Origin: a virus
Taxonomy: Duplodnaviria > Caudoviricetes
IMG/VR virus record: IMGVR_UViG_3300027374_000458
Coordinates: 8,043-72,042 of that record
Strand: one strand, 5' to 3'
Length of the DNA: 64,000 nt
Position 1 is the first letter of the stretch; every line of letters starts with the position of its first letter. The notes under the pieces are model-generated. The model was not told where the DNA came from, made no database searches, and saw nothing but the letters and a program-made list of their open reading frames with translations. The translations under genes and the position numbers were made by a program. Positions 16,604 to 26,848 of this stretch are shown here, piece after piece.

Positions 16604-18775
16604 ATGCTCAAAAAAGAGCTGCTGCAAATGCGCTCGTTGAAAGCTACACAAAAGATGATGCGGCTGGCAGAGAACGATACTCCTGCCAAGATAAAGCGGG
16701 AATACTGGCCTGGTCATGTCTATGAAGAGGAGCACCGCCAGTATGGTCTTTATCTGCGATGTGCGCTGCAGAACAATATCCTGAAGGTCGCTTTTTTCCT
16801 CCCGGACGCTATGCGTCTGGGAGGGCGCCGGCCTGCTTACGAACTTTATATTGACCGTGAAAACGACAGGTTCATCACTTTTGACTGCGCCAATCGCAAA
16901 TGGCTGGAATCAAAAGTGGATCGCATCAACTGGCCCAGCTCTCAGTATCACTGTGACGAGAAATGGATTTCTGATTCTGATGACAATATCATCAAGCAGT
17001 ACCTTGGAACCGGCAGCGGATACGATGGAATTCTCTCCTATCAGATGAACATCCGTGAAAAGGAGCTGGAGGCACGTCATAGGAAAGAAACTGACCAATG
17101 GGATGCCGATCTGCTCCAGATTCCTCCGGTTCCAAAGGATTGGGAACGCTGGGTGAGTAAAGTCGGAATCCAGGAAAATTTTATTTTTTACCGTTATGAC
17201 AAGAAGGGCACGCATACAGGACATTGCTCTTTCTGTGATAAAGAGGTTCCCATCAAACGTCCTCACTATAATAAAGTAGGACATTGTCCTTGCTGCCGGC
17301 ACAAGGTTGTCTATAAGTCTATTGGAAAGTTCGGTCGGCTCTGGACAAAGGACGCTTATATGTACCTGATCCAGCGCTGCAAAGACGGCTTCGTGATCCG
17401 AGAATTCATGGGACAGAGGTTCTATTCTAAAGAAACGTATCAGACGCCCAAGCTGTCCATACAGGAAATCCGCAGGGCAGTCTATTCCCCTGACGCGAAA
17501 CCGCTTCGGGCCTATTGCTGGGGACGCTATAAGCTGCACACACTCCGGTGGATACCAACAGGGCTTTGCGTACCATTCCGTTCCTATTATTACAGTGACC
17601 AATCTGGCCGCGTTTATGGGAAAACGATTCCCAGCCTTTCCAAGCTGGAGTTGAGCCGCACGGGGCTGCCTGAAATAGCAATCGGGTCGGTTATCGATCC
17701 GGAACATTATCTTGCTGTCTTTCGGGAAATCCCACTGTTGGAAAAACTGGTAAAAGCAAGGCTACCCCGGCTGGCTGGTGAATGCGTTTCTGACTACCAT
17801 GAGTTCCAACAACGGTTCGGTGCCTCCAAAGCAACCAGCCTGACGGGAATCATGGGCATCGATCAGCAGGAGTTGAAACGGCTTCGCGCCCAAAACGGCG
17901 GTCTTCGTTTTCTGGACTGGCTTCGCTACGAAAAGGCAGCGAAAACCCAGGTTCCCGATGATGTTGTGGCGTGGTTCTGTGCGGAAAAAATCACAGTCAA
18001 TGACTTAAAATTCATCCACGGCAAAATGAGCCTTACCCAGATCCGCAATTACATCCGGCGTCAAATGTCGGAAACCGGCATGACCAGCGGCGAGGTGCTG
18101 AACACCTGGGCGGATTACCTTTCTATGGCAAAGCGGTTTGGCATGGATACGGACGATGCCATCATATATCGTGTTCGCAAGCTGAAAAAGCGGCACGATG
18201 AGCTGGCCCGGAGAGGTGCCGGAAAGCCTGTTGTCCTCCGTGCCGGAAAGCTGCTGCTGCAATTCCCTCATGTGGAGGAGATCATGCAGTCGGTCAGGGA
18301 GAAGTTCGAGTACACCGGGAAAGAGTACAAGATCATCGCGCCAACCTGTGTTGAGGATATCCTGTTGGAGGGCGACACGCTCCACCACTGCATTTCCAAC
18401 GCTGAGCGCTATTGGGATCGGATGGAGCAGCGGGAGAGTTATATTCTGTTCCTGCGAAAGCTAAGCGATCCTGATAAGCCTTACTACACATTAGAGGTAG
18501 AACCCAACGGTACGGTTCGGCAGCTCCGAACGTATTATGACCGGCAAAACGAGAAGGACATCAATGCGGCCCGCTCCTTTTTGCGGACATGGCAGAAAGT
18601 TGTAGCCAAACGGCTCAATGAGGAAGACCGTATGTTGGCGAAAGCCAGCAAGGTACTGCGGGAACAGGAATTTATCCAGATGCGGAACGACCAGGTCATC
18701 ATCCATACGGGAGACCTGGCCGGAAAGCTGCTGGTAGATGTCCTTACCGCAGATTTAATGGAAGCAGCGGCATAG
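16604..18775 (+). CDS. PcfJ domain-containing protein
   Basis: WADYLSMA, LKKRHD, EGDTLHHCI, FLRK...KPYYTLEV. Confidence 0.88.
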   Translation: MLKKELLQMRSLKATQKMMRLAENDTPAKIKREYWPGHVYEEEHRQYGLYLRCALQNNILKVAFFLPDAMRLGGRRPAYELYIDRENDRFITFDCANRKWLESKVDRINWPSSQYHCDEKWISDSDDNIIKQYLGTGSGYDGILSYQMNIREKELEARHRKETDQWDADLLQIPPVPKDWERWVSKVGIQENFIFYRYDKKGTHTGHCSFCDKEVPIKRPHYNKVGHCPCCRHKVVYKSIGKFGRLWTKDAYMYLIQRCKDGFVIREFMGQRFYSKETYQTPKLSIQEIRRAVYSPDAKPLRAYCWGRYKLHTLRWIPTGLCVPFRSYYYSDQSGRVYGKTIPSLSKLELSRTGLPEIAIGSVIDPEHYLAVFREIPLLEKLVKARLPRLAGECVSDYHEFQQRFGASKATSLTGIMGIDQQELKRLRAQNGGLRFLDWLRYEKAAKTQVPDDVVAWFCAEKITVNDLKFIHGKMSLTQIRNYIRRQMSETGMTSGEVLNTWADYLSMAKRFGMDTDDAIIYRVRKLKKRHDELARRGAGKPVVLRAGKLLLQFPHVEEIMQSVREKFEYTGKEYKIIAPTCVEDILLEGDTLHHCISNAERYWDRMEQRESYILFLRKLSDPDKPYYTLEVEPNGTVRQLRTYYDRQNEKDINAARSFLRTWQKVVAKRLNEEDRMLAKASKVLREQEFIQMRNDQVIIHTGDLAGKLLVDVLTADLMEAAA

Positions 18776-18844
18776 CCGCAATATTGACAAGCGGGGTGGA
18801 CGATTCTGTCCACCCTGCTCAATTTAAAAAAGGAGATGTTTGAA

Positions 18845-19192
18845 ATGACAGTATCCCAGCGTAATGATCTTGTAGAGCAGTATCTTTGGTGTATCGACAG
18901 CGTGATTTGGCAAAATCAGACTCTGATTATTGGAGCGCACCTTGACCGGGAGGATGTATACCAATCCCTGGCCGTGCGTCTTATCCAGGCTGTGAGGCGG
19001 TTCAACCCCGATAAGGGCAGAAGTTTGAAAGGCTATATCTTTGACCAGCTGAAGTACGAACTGCTTTCTTGCAGTGGACCGCAGGCAAAGTTTGGCTTCA
19101 TGGACGCACCGTACCATTTGCGTGACGCGGTGGTTTCCATGGACTCATTGGCGGAGGACGACCCATACTGGGAGAGACGGATTGCGGCTTGA
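18845..19192 (+). CDS. Sigma-70 region 2-only protein
   Basis: RNDLVEQYL...EDVYQ...LIQAVRRFNPDKG.SLKGY; no region 4. Confidence 0.7.
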   Translation: MTVSQRNDLVEQYLWCIDSVIWQNQTLIIGAHLDREDVYQSLAVRLIQAVRRFNPDKGRSLKGYIFDQLKYELLSCSGPQAKFGFMDAPYHLRDAVVSMDSLAEDDPYWERRIAA

Positions 19193-19482
19193 CGGAAAGG
19201 TACAGATATGGAACGAATTACTGTCCAGCAAACGTGTTCTCTGATTATCAGACGAGACGAGATTCATGTTGGAGGCCAATATGGGCCCAAAGGAGACTGA
19301 ATATAGGTATGGGTACATGCAAACATATGAAGACAGTTGAGGACATTGCAAAAGACATCAATCGACAATATAACATTCAGCTTGACTATGAATACATAGA
19401 GCGAATTAAAAGGCTCATTTGCAGTTCGCTTTGTCATGGCATTTGCGATCCTAAAAACATTGTGCAAAGGAACCACCAATGA
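19189..19482 (+). CDS. Hypothetical protein
   Basis: Overlaps the upstream stop; start uncertain. Confidence 0.4.
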   Translation: MTERYRYGTNYCPANVFSDYQTRRDSCWRPIWAQRRLNIGMGTCKHMKTVEDIAKDINRQYNIQLDYEYIERIKRLICSSLCHGICDPKNIVQRNHQ

Positions 19483-19674
19483 GCCGGTCATCAAGGCTGC
19501 TCCTGCTGTCACCTGCTCTCATGGGCTATTGTGCATCAGGCGCGAGAGAAAATACCCTGACAAGCGGATATATGGAGCTCAAGCTGGAGCCAAAGAACGC
19601 TCCGCCTGCAGGAAACTGACAGATAGGGAATGAAATCACATACATCCCTGTCAAATAACTATTAGGAGGTCAAT

Positions 19675-20124
19675 ATGAAACAGCTCGGTAATTTGGCTAT
19701 GGTCTGTGCCCAGCGTCCGGAAGTTTTGCTGCAGATCCATAACGGTCAGGCGGCAGTTTATGCCGGCGCAGGTCCTAACAGGGCGGTGCTCGCTGCTGCC
19801 TGGGACAATGATGCGGAAATCAACAGCATCATTCACGAACTGAACTTCGGCAAGTACGCATCCAAAAACCCTGCGGAGAATCCCTCGGAAAGTTGTGTTC
19901 CGCCTAAAAAGTGTGAGGGATCGATTTCCGGCAGCCGGGCCGTAACCCTTATCAACCGGCTGATCGACCGAATGCTCAACGATGAGGGCGGCCATGTCAA
20001 GCCTGTCATTGAAGCTCTTCTGGATATGGACTTCACATCGGATGAACTCATTGAGGAATTCCATTTTTCCTCCAGCGATGTTGACGAGTGTGCAAATGGG
20101 CCGGATGCTCCCGAATTGAATTGA
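19675..20124 (+). CDS. Hypothetical protein
   Basis: AGGAGG RBS. Confidence 0.75.
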   Translation: MKQLGNLAMVCAQRPEVLLQIHNGQAAVYAGAGPNRAVLAAAWDNDAEINSIIHELNFGKYASKNPAENPSESCVPPKKCEGSISGSRAVTLINRLIDRMLNDEGGHVKPVIEALLDMDFTSDELIEEFHFSSSDVDECANGPDAPELN

Positions 20125-20139
20125 AAGAGGTAACGGACT

Positions 20140-20463
20140 ATGGATATTAAAAATCTGAATCAGCTCAAAAAAGCGATGAAAGGCTGTCCTAAATTTGAGA
20201 TCGTTGAGCACTGCCGTCCGGAGTGCATCGGACAGATCCGCCGGGTAACGCTGGCAAACACCCAGGGCTTCTACAGCGGTATGGAGGGACAGCCGGACCA
20301 TGAGATCAACCGTAACAACAACGGCCTTGGTCTTGTCCTCTCGTGGGGCAAGGCCGATGTTTGGGGTTTTCAGGACGGTTTGTGTACCCAGTATTTCAAG
20401 GGAACGGAGCATACAGTGCAAAATGCAGTGATCTCGTTCCGCATTTTGGAGGAGGCAGCCTGA
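20140..20463 (+). CDS. Hypothetical protein
   Basis: GAGG RBS, coupled to ligA. Confidence 0.75.
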   Translation: MDIKNLNQLKKAMKGCPKFEIVEHCRPECIGQIRRVTLANTQGFYSGMEGQPDHEINRNNNGLGLVLSWGKADVWGFQDGLCTQYFKGTEHTVQNAVISFRILEEAA

Positions 20464-22454
20464 TGGAAGAAAAAGCATATGAAAAAGTCGCGGCGTTGAC
20501 GGCCCAGCTCAATCGCTACCGCCATGAGTATTACAATTTGAACGCTCCGACCGTAAGCGATGCGGTCTATGACCGGCGCTTTGATGACCTGAAGGAATTG
20601 GAAACAGCCACAGGCATCCGCATGACCAATTCGCCCACACAGACTGTGGGCTATCCGGCAGTCAGTGCGCTGCCTAAGACAATCCATAATATCCCGCTCC
20701 TGTCGCTGGATAAAACAAAACGTGTGGAGGATTTGATTTCCTTCGCCGGCGACCATCAAATAATGCTGATGCTGAAGCTGGACGGTCTGACGATCAAGCT
20801 GACCTATGAAAATGGGATGCTGATGGAGGCCGCCACCCGCGGCGACGGCAATGAGGGAGAAATTGTCACTCACAACGTACACGGCATCACCGGCATTCCT
20901 GATTTGATCCCCTATAAGGAGCGTCTGGTGGTCACAGGCGAGGCGTTTATCCGTCCGTCGGACTTCAAGGCTATCATTGACGCCCTGCCGGAGGATGAGG
21001 AGAAACCTAAAAATGGCCGCAACCTGGCTGCCGGCTCAATCCGGCTATTGGATGGCGCGGTCAGCAAAGACCGGCAGCTCACCTTTATGCCATTCAGCGT
21101 GCTAGAAGGACTGGATCAGTATGAAACGAAATCTCAGAAGCTGAGCTGCCTGCGGGTGCTGGGCTTCCAGTTCTGCAAGTATATGGTCAGCAAATCGGCG
21201 CTCAAAAAGGAGGAATTGGAGAACGCGATCCAGGCGCTTCAAAAATATGCGGAATCCTGTGACGTTCCCATTGACGGCATTGTGATGTCTTTCAATGATG
21301 TCGCCTACTCTAAATCCTGTGGGCGCACCGGCCACCACTATAAGGATGGCATCGCTTTCAAGTTTGAGGACCCCCCGTATGAAACCAAACTCCAGCAGAT
21401 CGAATGGACGCCCACTCGCACAGGCGAAATCGCTCCGGTGGCAGTCTTCGACCCGGTTGAAATTGACGGCTGCCAGGTGTCCCGGGCCAGTCTGCACAAC
21501 CTCTCCTTTATTGAGGGATTGGAGCTGATGCCCGGAAACCGGGTGCTGGTGACCAAGCGAAATATGATTATCCCCCAGGTGGAGGAAAATCTGGATCGGG
21601 GCGGTTTCGATTTGAATACCGTCATCCCGCCCCGCTGTCCGTGCTGCGGTGAGCCTACGCGCATTCATGTGAGCGACAATGGAACCAAAACTCTGTTTTG
21701 TGACAATGCGGCCTGTGAAACCAGGCGGCTGCGCCAGTTTGTCCATTTTGTCGGAGAAAAGGCTATGGATATTGCGGGACTGTCCGAGTCCACGCTGGAA
21801 AAGTTTATCGGACGGGGCTGGCTGCACAGCTATATGGATGTTTACCGCTTGAACGAGCACCAGGCGGAGATTATCAAAATGGAGGGCTTTGGAGAAAAAT
21901 CATGGCAAAATCTCTGGGACGCGATTCAGCGCAGCCGTGATACCACTTTTGAGCGGTATCTGATTGCGATGGATATCCCCATGATTGGCAACAATGCCAG
22001 CCGTGCCCTTGCCAAAGAATTTCACAGCAGTTTGGACGAGTTTGAGGCTGCCGTCATAGACGGTTATGATTTCACCAAGCTGCCCGATTTTGGCGAGACA
22101 CTCCACAACAACATCCACCAGTGGTTCCACAGTGAAGAAAACTGGTATACCTGGGTGGATCTGAGAACGCTGGTCAATATCCAGGCACCTGTACCTGTCA
22201 CAGTGGCGGGGCCGGCAGATAATCCCTTTGCAGGTCTCACCATTGTAGTGACCGGCAAGGTCGAGCCGTATACCCGGGAGGGCATCAATGCGCTGATCGA
22301 ATCGCTGGGTGCCCGCGCAGGCAGTTCCGTAAGCAGTAAAACCAACTACCTGGTCTGTGGTGAAAAGGCCGGCAGCAAATTGGAAAAGGCCCAGTCGCTG
22401 GGCATTCCTGTCCTGTCGCCTGCGGAATTTTACCGCATGGCCGGTGTGGCATAA
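20463..22454 (+). CDS. ligA: NAD-dependent DNA ligase
   Basis: KLDG adenylation motif, TRGDGNEGE, DGIV, RTG.IAPVA, CPCCG Zn finger, BRCT GSKLEKA. Confidence 0.96.
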   Translation: MEEKAYEKVAALTAQLNRYRHEYYNLNAPTVSDAVYDRRFDDLKELETATGIRMTNSPTQTVGYPAVSALPKTIHNIPLLSLDKTKRVEDLISFAGDHQIMLMLKLDGLTIKLTYENGMLMEAATRGDGNEGEIVTHNVHGITGIPDLIPYKERLVVTGEAFIRPSDFKAIIDALPEDEEKPKNGRNLAAGSIRLLDGAVSKDRQLTFMPFSVLEGLDQYETKSQKLSCLRVLGFQFCKYMVSKSALKKEELENAIQALQKYAESCDVPIDGIVMSFNDVAYSKSCGRTGHHYKDGIAFKFEDPPYETKLQQIEWTPTRTGEIAPVAVFDPVEIDGCQVSRASLHNLSFIEGLELMPGNRVLVTKRNMIIPQVEENLDRGGFDLNTVIPPRCPCCGEPTRIHVSDNGTKTLFCDNAACETRRLRQFVHFVGEKAMDIAGLSESTLEKFIGRGWLHSYMDVYRLNEHQAEIIKMEGFGEKSWQNLWDAIQRSRDTTFERYLIAMDIPMIGNNASRALAKEFHSSLDEFEAAVIDGYDFTKLPDFGETLHNNIHQWFHSEENWYTWVDLRTLVNIQAPVPVTVAGPADNPFAGLTIVVTGKVEPYTREGINALIESLGARAGSSVSSKTNYLVCGEKAGSKLEKAQSLGIPVLSPAEFYRMAGVA

Positions 22455-22459
22455 CAATT

Positions 22460-22493
22460 TTGACGGGGGAAAGCATTTGCTTTCTCCCGTCAA
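22460..22493 (+). terminator. Hairpin after ligA
   Basis: TTGACGGGGGAAAGC-ATTT-GCTTTCTCCCGTCAA; weak T-tract. Confidence 0.5.
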
Positions 22494-22525
22494 TTATCAA
22501 ATGGATACCACAGGAGGAAGCTGTT

Positions 22526-22738
22526 GTGGTCGAAAGGAGGTTTGCACTATTGGAACAATGCAAGATATATACAGGCATCGCTTGTATAGACGGAACCTGC
22601 CCCATAGCCAACCGGGAAGAATATGAGGAGCGGTGCTATCCTGTCATACACAGCTGCGAGGAGTGCCACTTCTACAAAGGCTGTGAGGACTGTTGCTTTG
22701 CAGGCACAGACCTCTGCATAAAGGAACCACTGATTTAA
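22526..22738 (+). CDS. Small Cys-rich hypothetical protein
   Basis: GGAGG RBS plus GTG; CxxGxC, CxxC, CxxCC. Confidence 0.65.
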   Translation: MVERRFALLEQCKIYTGIACIDGTCPIANREEYEERCYPVIHSCEECHFYKGCEDCCFAGTDLCIKEPLI

Positions 22739-22876
22739 TTGCATTGAGCACAGAGTGTAGCGTAAAAAAGTTGGATTATTGCAAAAACAGGGAAGGTTGT
22801 CCCTGCCTTTGCAGTTCAAAAATCACGGAGTTTTTTGAAATCTGATTTAATCAGTGCTTCCTAAAGAAACGAACGG

Positions 22877-23203
22877 ATGCGGATGGATAAAGATAACTGC
22901 GTTCTCGGCAGCCGTGATTGTACGGCGTGCGCTTCCAAAGATGGATGCGTTCACAGCGATGCCATCGGTTTGAATCGCGGCCTATACGCCAAGGAACTCT
23001 GGGGGCGGTTTGGTCTCATGCTGAAGTTGACAGGTGCGGAGTATGCGACCGTCATAAGCGGCGGAGAGGCCACCCACGCCCTTATCCGCGAAAAAATCGA
23101 GCTGGGAGAATTTGCTTTGGATGGTGAGAGTTACTTCCCGGCAACGGAAACCAGCCAACCGGGCAAATGGCCGGTAAAAGAAGACATTCTACTTGAATTT
23201 TAG
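22877..23203 (+). CDS. Hypothetical protein
   Basis: Co-directional ORF with N-terminal Cys cluster. Confidence 0.6.
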   Translation: MRMDKDNCVLGSRDCTACASKDGCVHSDAIGLNRGLYAKELWGRFGLMLKLTGAEYATVISGGEATHALIREKIELGEFALDGESYFPATETSQPGKWPVKEDILLEF

Positions 23204-23216
23204 GAGGAAATTCGCG

Positions 23217-23882
23217 ATGGGATACAGGCAAGTATATTTTCGTATCAACAGCAAATATGCGTATGGCAGTGGATGGTCAAATGACGATGAAGCCACCGAA
23301 GCATTTAAGGAAGAAACCCGCAGATTGTTCCAAGAGGACGGGTGGACGCTCCAGATAAGCAAGAACAGTTCCGTCTGCGACACAGCGGTGAAAGGGCTAC
23401 AGGATCTCTATCTGCACCCCATGAATTTCAGCGGTGTGATTTTGGAGGAGGAGATCCCCAAAATCGAAGCATTGCTGGCAAAAGCCGCTACATTCCAGCA
23501 CCGTGGAACTGATTGCTATGAAGCATATCTGGAACTGAGCGATGAGGACTATTGGACCCTGTTGGAAACCCAAAAAGCTGAAATTACAGCCGTAATTTTG
23601 GAGCAGTTCAAAACAAAACGCAGGAACCTCTATAAGTCCGGGGAAGCTACCATGAACATTGCCCAACGGTTTATGGTTCACCGCCTTTGTGACAAAGAGG
23701 GTAATCGCAATAAAGCCAATCTGTACGTCAGCCAGCTGATCGAATCACTGATTGCGGAGGGACGCTTGATTACTGCACGTACAAAGAGCGGTACAGGTAT
23801 CCGCACCGCAACGAAGGCAGAGTGGCAGGAGCATACGCCGCCCTTGGTGGATAAAGACTACCTCTCCCGCCTTGCGGGTTGA
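23217..23882 (+). CDS. Hypothetical protein
   Basis: AGGAGG RBS. Confidence 0.75.
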   Translation: MGYRQVYFRINSKYAYGSGWSNDDEATEAFKEETRRLFQEDGWTLQISKNSSVCDTAVKGLQDLYLHPMNFSGVILEEEIPKIEALLAKAATFQHRGTDCYEAYLELSDEDYWTLLETQKAEITAVILEQFKTKRRNLYKSGEATMNIAQRFMVHRLCDKEGNRNKANLYVSQLIESLIAEGRLITARTKSGTGIRTATKAEWQEHTPPLVDKDYLSRLAG

Positions 23883-23959
23883 CATTCAAATGGAATGGAC
23901 ATGGGCAAAAGGTACAGAAAGTCACCGAAAATATTATGGATCAAATGGAGGCTCAGGCT

Positions 23960-24148
23960 ATGACAGATATTGTAATCGTTGTAGAAGATGGCCGCGTGAC
24001 CGCTGTGTATGCGTCAGAAGAAGATGCTGTAATGGTTGAGGTCATTGACAGGGACACACAGAATCCGGAGGAGCAGGAGGAAATTGACGAGCAGTGCAGG
24101 CAGTTGGAGTGCCAAATTGCCAATGCGCAGATGTTCCAAATTTATTGA
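23960..24148 (+). CDS. Small acidic hypothetical protein
   Basis: GGAGG RBS; MTDIVIVVEDGRVTAVYAS. Confidence 0.65.
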   Translation: MTDIVIVVEDGRVTAVYASEEDAVMVEVIDRDTQNPEEQEEIDEQCRQLECQIANAQMFQIY

Positions 24149-24162
24149 TTGGAGGAAATGCT

Positions 24163-24498
24163 TTGAGTAAAAAAACATATCGCATTGAGCTGTACTACGG
24201 ATACCAGGAATGTGAGAGCGGTATCTACCATGCTTTTGATGCGGTAGATCCGCACGGGCATCACGATGATGAAAAAATGGCGGTCAAGCTCTCGGATACA
24301 CTGGACACAACGCCTGACGATGCCAATTTTCATTACAATTCCATGCGCATCCTTTTGCCGTCGAGCGTCGTTGCGAGAATCCGGGCAGATGCCGTCAACG
24401 ATTTTCTGATATCCATGACAAAGAATAAAGACGGAGGCGATCATATTCCAGAGGGAACTGGCTGCACAGACCATGACCATCAGGAGGGCAATAAATGA
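24163..24498 (+). CDS. Hypothetical protein
   Basis: GGAGG RBS plus TTG. Confidence 0.65.
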   Translation: MSKKTYRIELYYGYQECESGIYHAFDAVDPHGHHDDEKMAVKLSDTLDTTPDDANFHYNSMRILLPSSVVARIRADAVNDFLISMTKNKDGGDHIPEGTGCTDHDHQEGNK

Positions 24499-24818
24499 AG
24501 AAAAAGGAGCTGGAAAAGCTGGCGGACAGCTTTCAGACGAAGGCCGACACAGCTTACCGGAACTATCAGGAAACCGGAATAAGCCGCTATAGCAGCACAG
24601 CCCGCCGGCACGAGAAGATGGCCGATGCCATCAGAATGGCGGCTCAGGCGGCTGACGAACACTATGCGTACACCAACCTGAAAATGGAGATGTCCAACTT
24701 TGCGAGCAGGGCACAAAAAATAGGGCTTACTGCGGATGAGAAAGAGCGAACCAAATTGGTAGAGGCTCTCGTCCATGATATGATTGTCTGCGGTCGCCTT
24801 TATGGGCTGATTGGATAG
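24495..24818 (+). CDS. Hypothetical helical protein
   Basis: GGAGG RBS, ATGA overlap. Confidence 0.7.
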   Translation: MKKKELEKLADSFQTKADTAYRNYQETGISRYSSTARRHEKMADAIRMAAQAADEHYAYTNLKMEMSNFASRAQKIGLTADEKERTKLVEALVHDMIVCGRLYGLIG

Positions 24819-24833
24819 GGGTGAGATGGCAAC

Positions 24834-25280
24834 GTGAAGAATGACATCTGCTGTGCGACTTGTCCGATGATGAAAATAATCGGTCACGCAAAGTACACCG
24901 GCAATAACAGCCACATGGTTCGGCCTCGCGGGGTCTGTTTTTGCGGACACCCCGATGCTATAGCGGCTTTTGAGCTGCTTTGTCCCTGCGGCCGCCGTAT
25001 GCCAGGATTCATCGCCTATACCGACAGAACCTCCGACCTACCGGCCATTAAGACAGCGCCGAGGTGGTGTCCCCGGAAGATGTATGAGAAGCCTGTGGAG
25101 ATCAACAAACCGCAGGCATCTCAGGTCATTGAAACCCGGATGCCATGCGGCATGTTTTTCTTGGCAGCAGATAATGTAGTCACCGGCATTGACAACCGGA
25201 CTGGCGATGCCTGGACAGAGGTCTTTGCTACGAAGCGTAAGTGTCTGATGTGGCTTAGGGATTACCGGACAGAAGAATAG
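24834..25280 (+). CDS. Cys-containing hypothetical protein
   Basis: GGGGTG RBS, CxxC motifs. Confidence 0.65.
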   Translation: MKNDICCATCPMMKIIGHAKYTGNNSHMVRPRGVCFCGHPDAIAAFELLCPCGRRMPGFIAYTDRTSDLPAIKTAPRWCPRKMYEKPVEINKPQASQVIETRMPCGMFFLAADNVVTGIDNRTGDAWTEVFATKRKCLMWLRDYRTEE

Positions 25281-25330
25281 CATCTTTTCACGGTATATGC
25301 ACACTTAATCAAAAAGGCAATGTGCGCGAA

Positions 25331-25804
25331 ATGGGAAACCAAATACAGATTGGAGGAATTATTTTGGCAAATTATCATTGTGCTATCAGAACGAACTATT
25401 TTCATGTGAAAAACCCGGAGCTGTTTCGTCAATTTATGGCGCGTGTATACGGCGCAGACGGCGCTGTAGAGCTCTGGGAGGAACTGGACACCAACAGCCA
25501 GACCACATTTGCATTTGGCTCCAATGGCGGGATCAGTGGCCTGCGGAACACGGCGGAGGATACATCGAAAGCGGCTGATGAATCGGCCTACGATGAATTT
25601 ATCTGCGGACTCCAGCAGCATATTCAGGAAAACGACGCGGTTATCATTCTGGAATCCGGAAGAGAAAAGCTGTGTTACCTCGTTGGCACCGCTGAAATCA
25701 TCACCTGTACAAGCTACGACCATCTGGATATTTCAGATCTGGCCCAACGTCATGCGGCCGCCATGCTGGGTAACCCTGCATGGCAGACGAAGCTCGACTA
25801 TTGA
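25331..25804 (+). CDS. Hypothetical protein
   Basis: Co-directional ORF; TNYFHVKNPELF. Confidence 0.65.
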   Translation: MGNQIQIGGIILANYHCAIRTNYFHVKNPELFRQFMARVYGADGAVELWEELDTNSQTTFAFGSNGGISGLRNTAEDTSKAADESAYDEFICGLQQHIQENDAVIILESGREKLCYLVGTAEIITCTSYDHLDISDLAQRHAAAMLGNPAWQTKLDY

Positions 25805-25816
25805 CGGAGGTACAGG

Positions 25817-26056
25817 ATGGAATACAAGTATTTTGAAGTCTGCATTGGCGATGGCCCAAAAGAGAGAGTCAACGATACCTGGATGTGCATTCGAGGTGTG
25901 AAAGCGCCATCTGTCCAAGAGGCGGAACAGTTTCTCACTGCAGACATTGCCAAATTTGGCGGACACGTTTTGAATGTATCCCCTATTGACCGGAAGATTG
26001 CCGAAAGCTGCTATGATTTCAGCTATGAGGAGCAATGGCCGGTGTACGGAATTTGA
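25817..26056 (+). CDS. Hypothetical protein
   Basis: GGAGG RBS. Confidence 0.7.
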   Translation: MEYKYFEVCIGDGPKERVNDTWMCIRGVKAPSVQEAEQFLTADIAKFGGHVLNVSPIDRKIAESCYDFSYEEQWPVYGI

Positions 26057-26100
26057 TGCGCCGGCCTGTTGGCGGTGCGGAATAAATCGGAGGATTTCAT

Positions 26101-26727
26101 ATGAGTGAACCTAAAAAGATACCTGTTATGATCTTCCAAGCGCCGTTCGCATCCTTAATGGAGCGCGGACTGTACCTGAAGATGCACGACCACAACCATC
26201 CGTTCTGTGGGACTGTACCCGCCGAATATTATCTGCCGGTTTTTCGTGGCGAGATCGAGTGCCCTCCGCTGCTCCCGGAGAACAATGAACAGCGGACGCA
26301 TACAATTTTGGAGAAGGTCTACACCATCTTCAATACAACCCATCCCGCCGGCTACTGCGGGCGCAGTCTGTCGGTGGGAGATGTGGTCAAGCTGGAGGGG
26401 AACTATTATCTCTGCGCAGCCATCGGTTTTCAGCAGGTTTCATTCCAGTCCAGCCCCAATCACCCGACGGAAAATCCAACGGCCTGTCCCTTGGTGCTCC
26501 CGGATGGAACGGCACTCCGGGTAACAGTCTGCAAGGAAGCCGCTTATCCGTGTGTCAATATTGATCTGGTTGCCGCCGATGGTACGGAAGACCGGGTATG
26601 CTTTGCAGAGTATAATTTGGAGAAGGTGCCGGGGCATGAGTTGTGTGTCGGCGTCTACTGCGCCTCCAAAGACGACACGGTTTACTACAACAGCTATTTT
26701 CGGGATCAGGAAGCTGGAGATAGCTAA
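26101..26727 (+). CDS. YodL-like domain protein
   Basis: LEKVYTIFN..HP.GY.GRSLSVGDVV...IGF. Confidence 0.75.
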   Translation: MSEPKKIPVMIFQAPFASLMERGLYLKMHDHNHPFCGTVPAEYYLPVFRGEIECPPLLPENNEQRTHTILEKVYTIFNTTHPAGYCGRSLSVGDVVKLEGNYYLCAAIGFQQVSFQSSPNHPTENPTACPLVLPDGTALRVTVCKEAAYPCVNIDLVAADGTEDRVCFAEYNLEKVPGHELCVGVYCASKDDTVYYNSYFRDQEAGDS

Positions 26728-26781
26728 GGTTGCAGCAATTATAGAATGACAATCCCCGCGATCCTGCGGGACAAATGAACG

Positions 26782-26828
26782 AAGGAACCGACAGGCTGTG
26801 TAATGAAGCCTGCCGGTTCCTTTTATTT
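26782..26828 (+). terminator. Intrinsic terminator
   Basis: AAGGAACCGACAGGCT...AGCCTGCCGGTTCCTTTT. Confidence 0.7.
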
Positions 26829-26848
26829 TGATGAAAGAATGGTGACTT

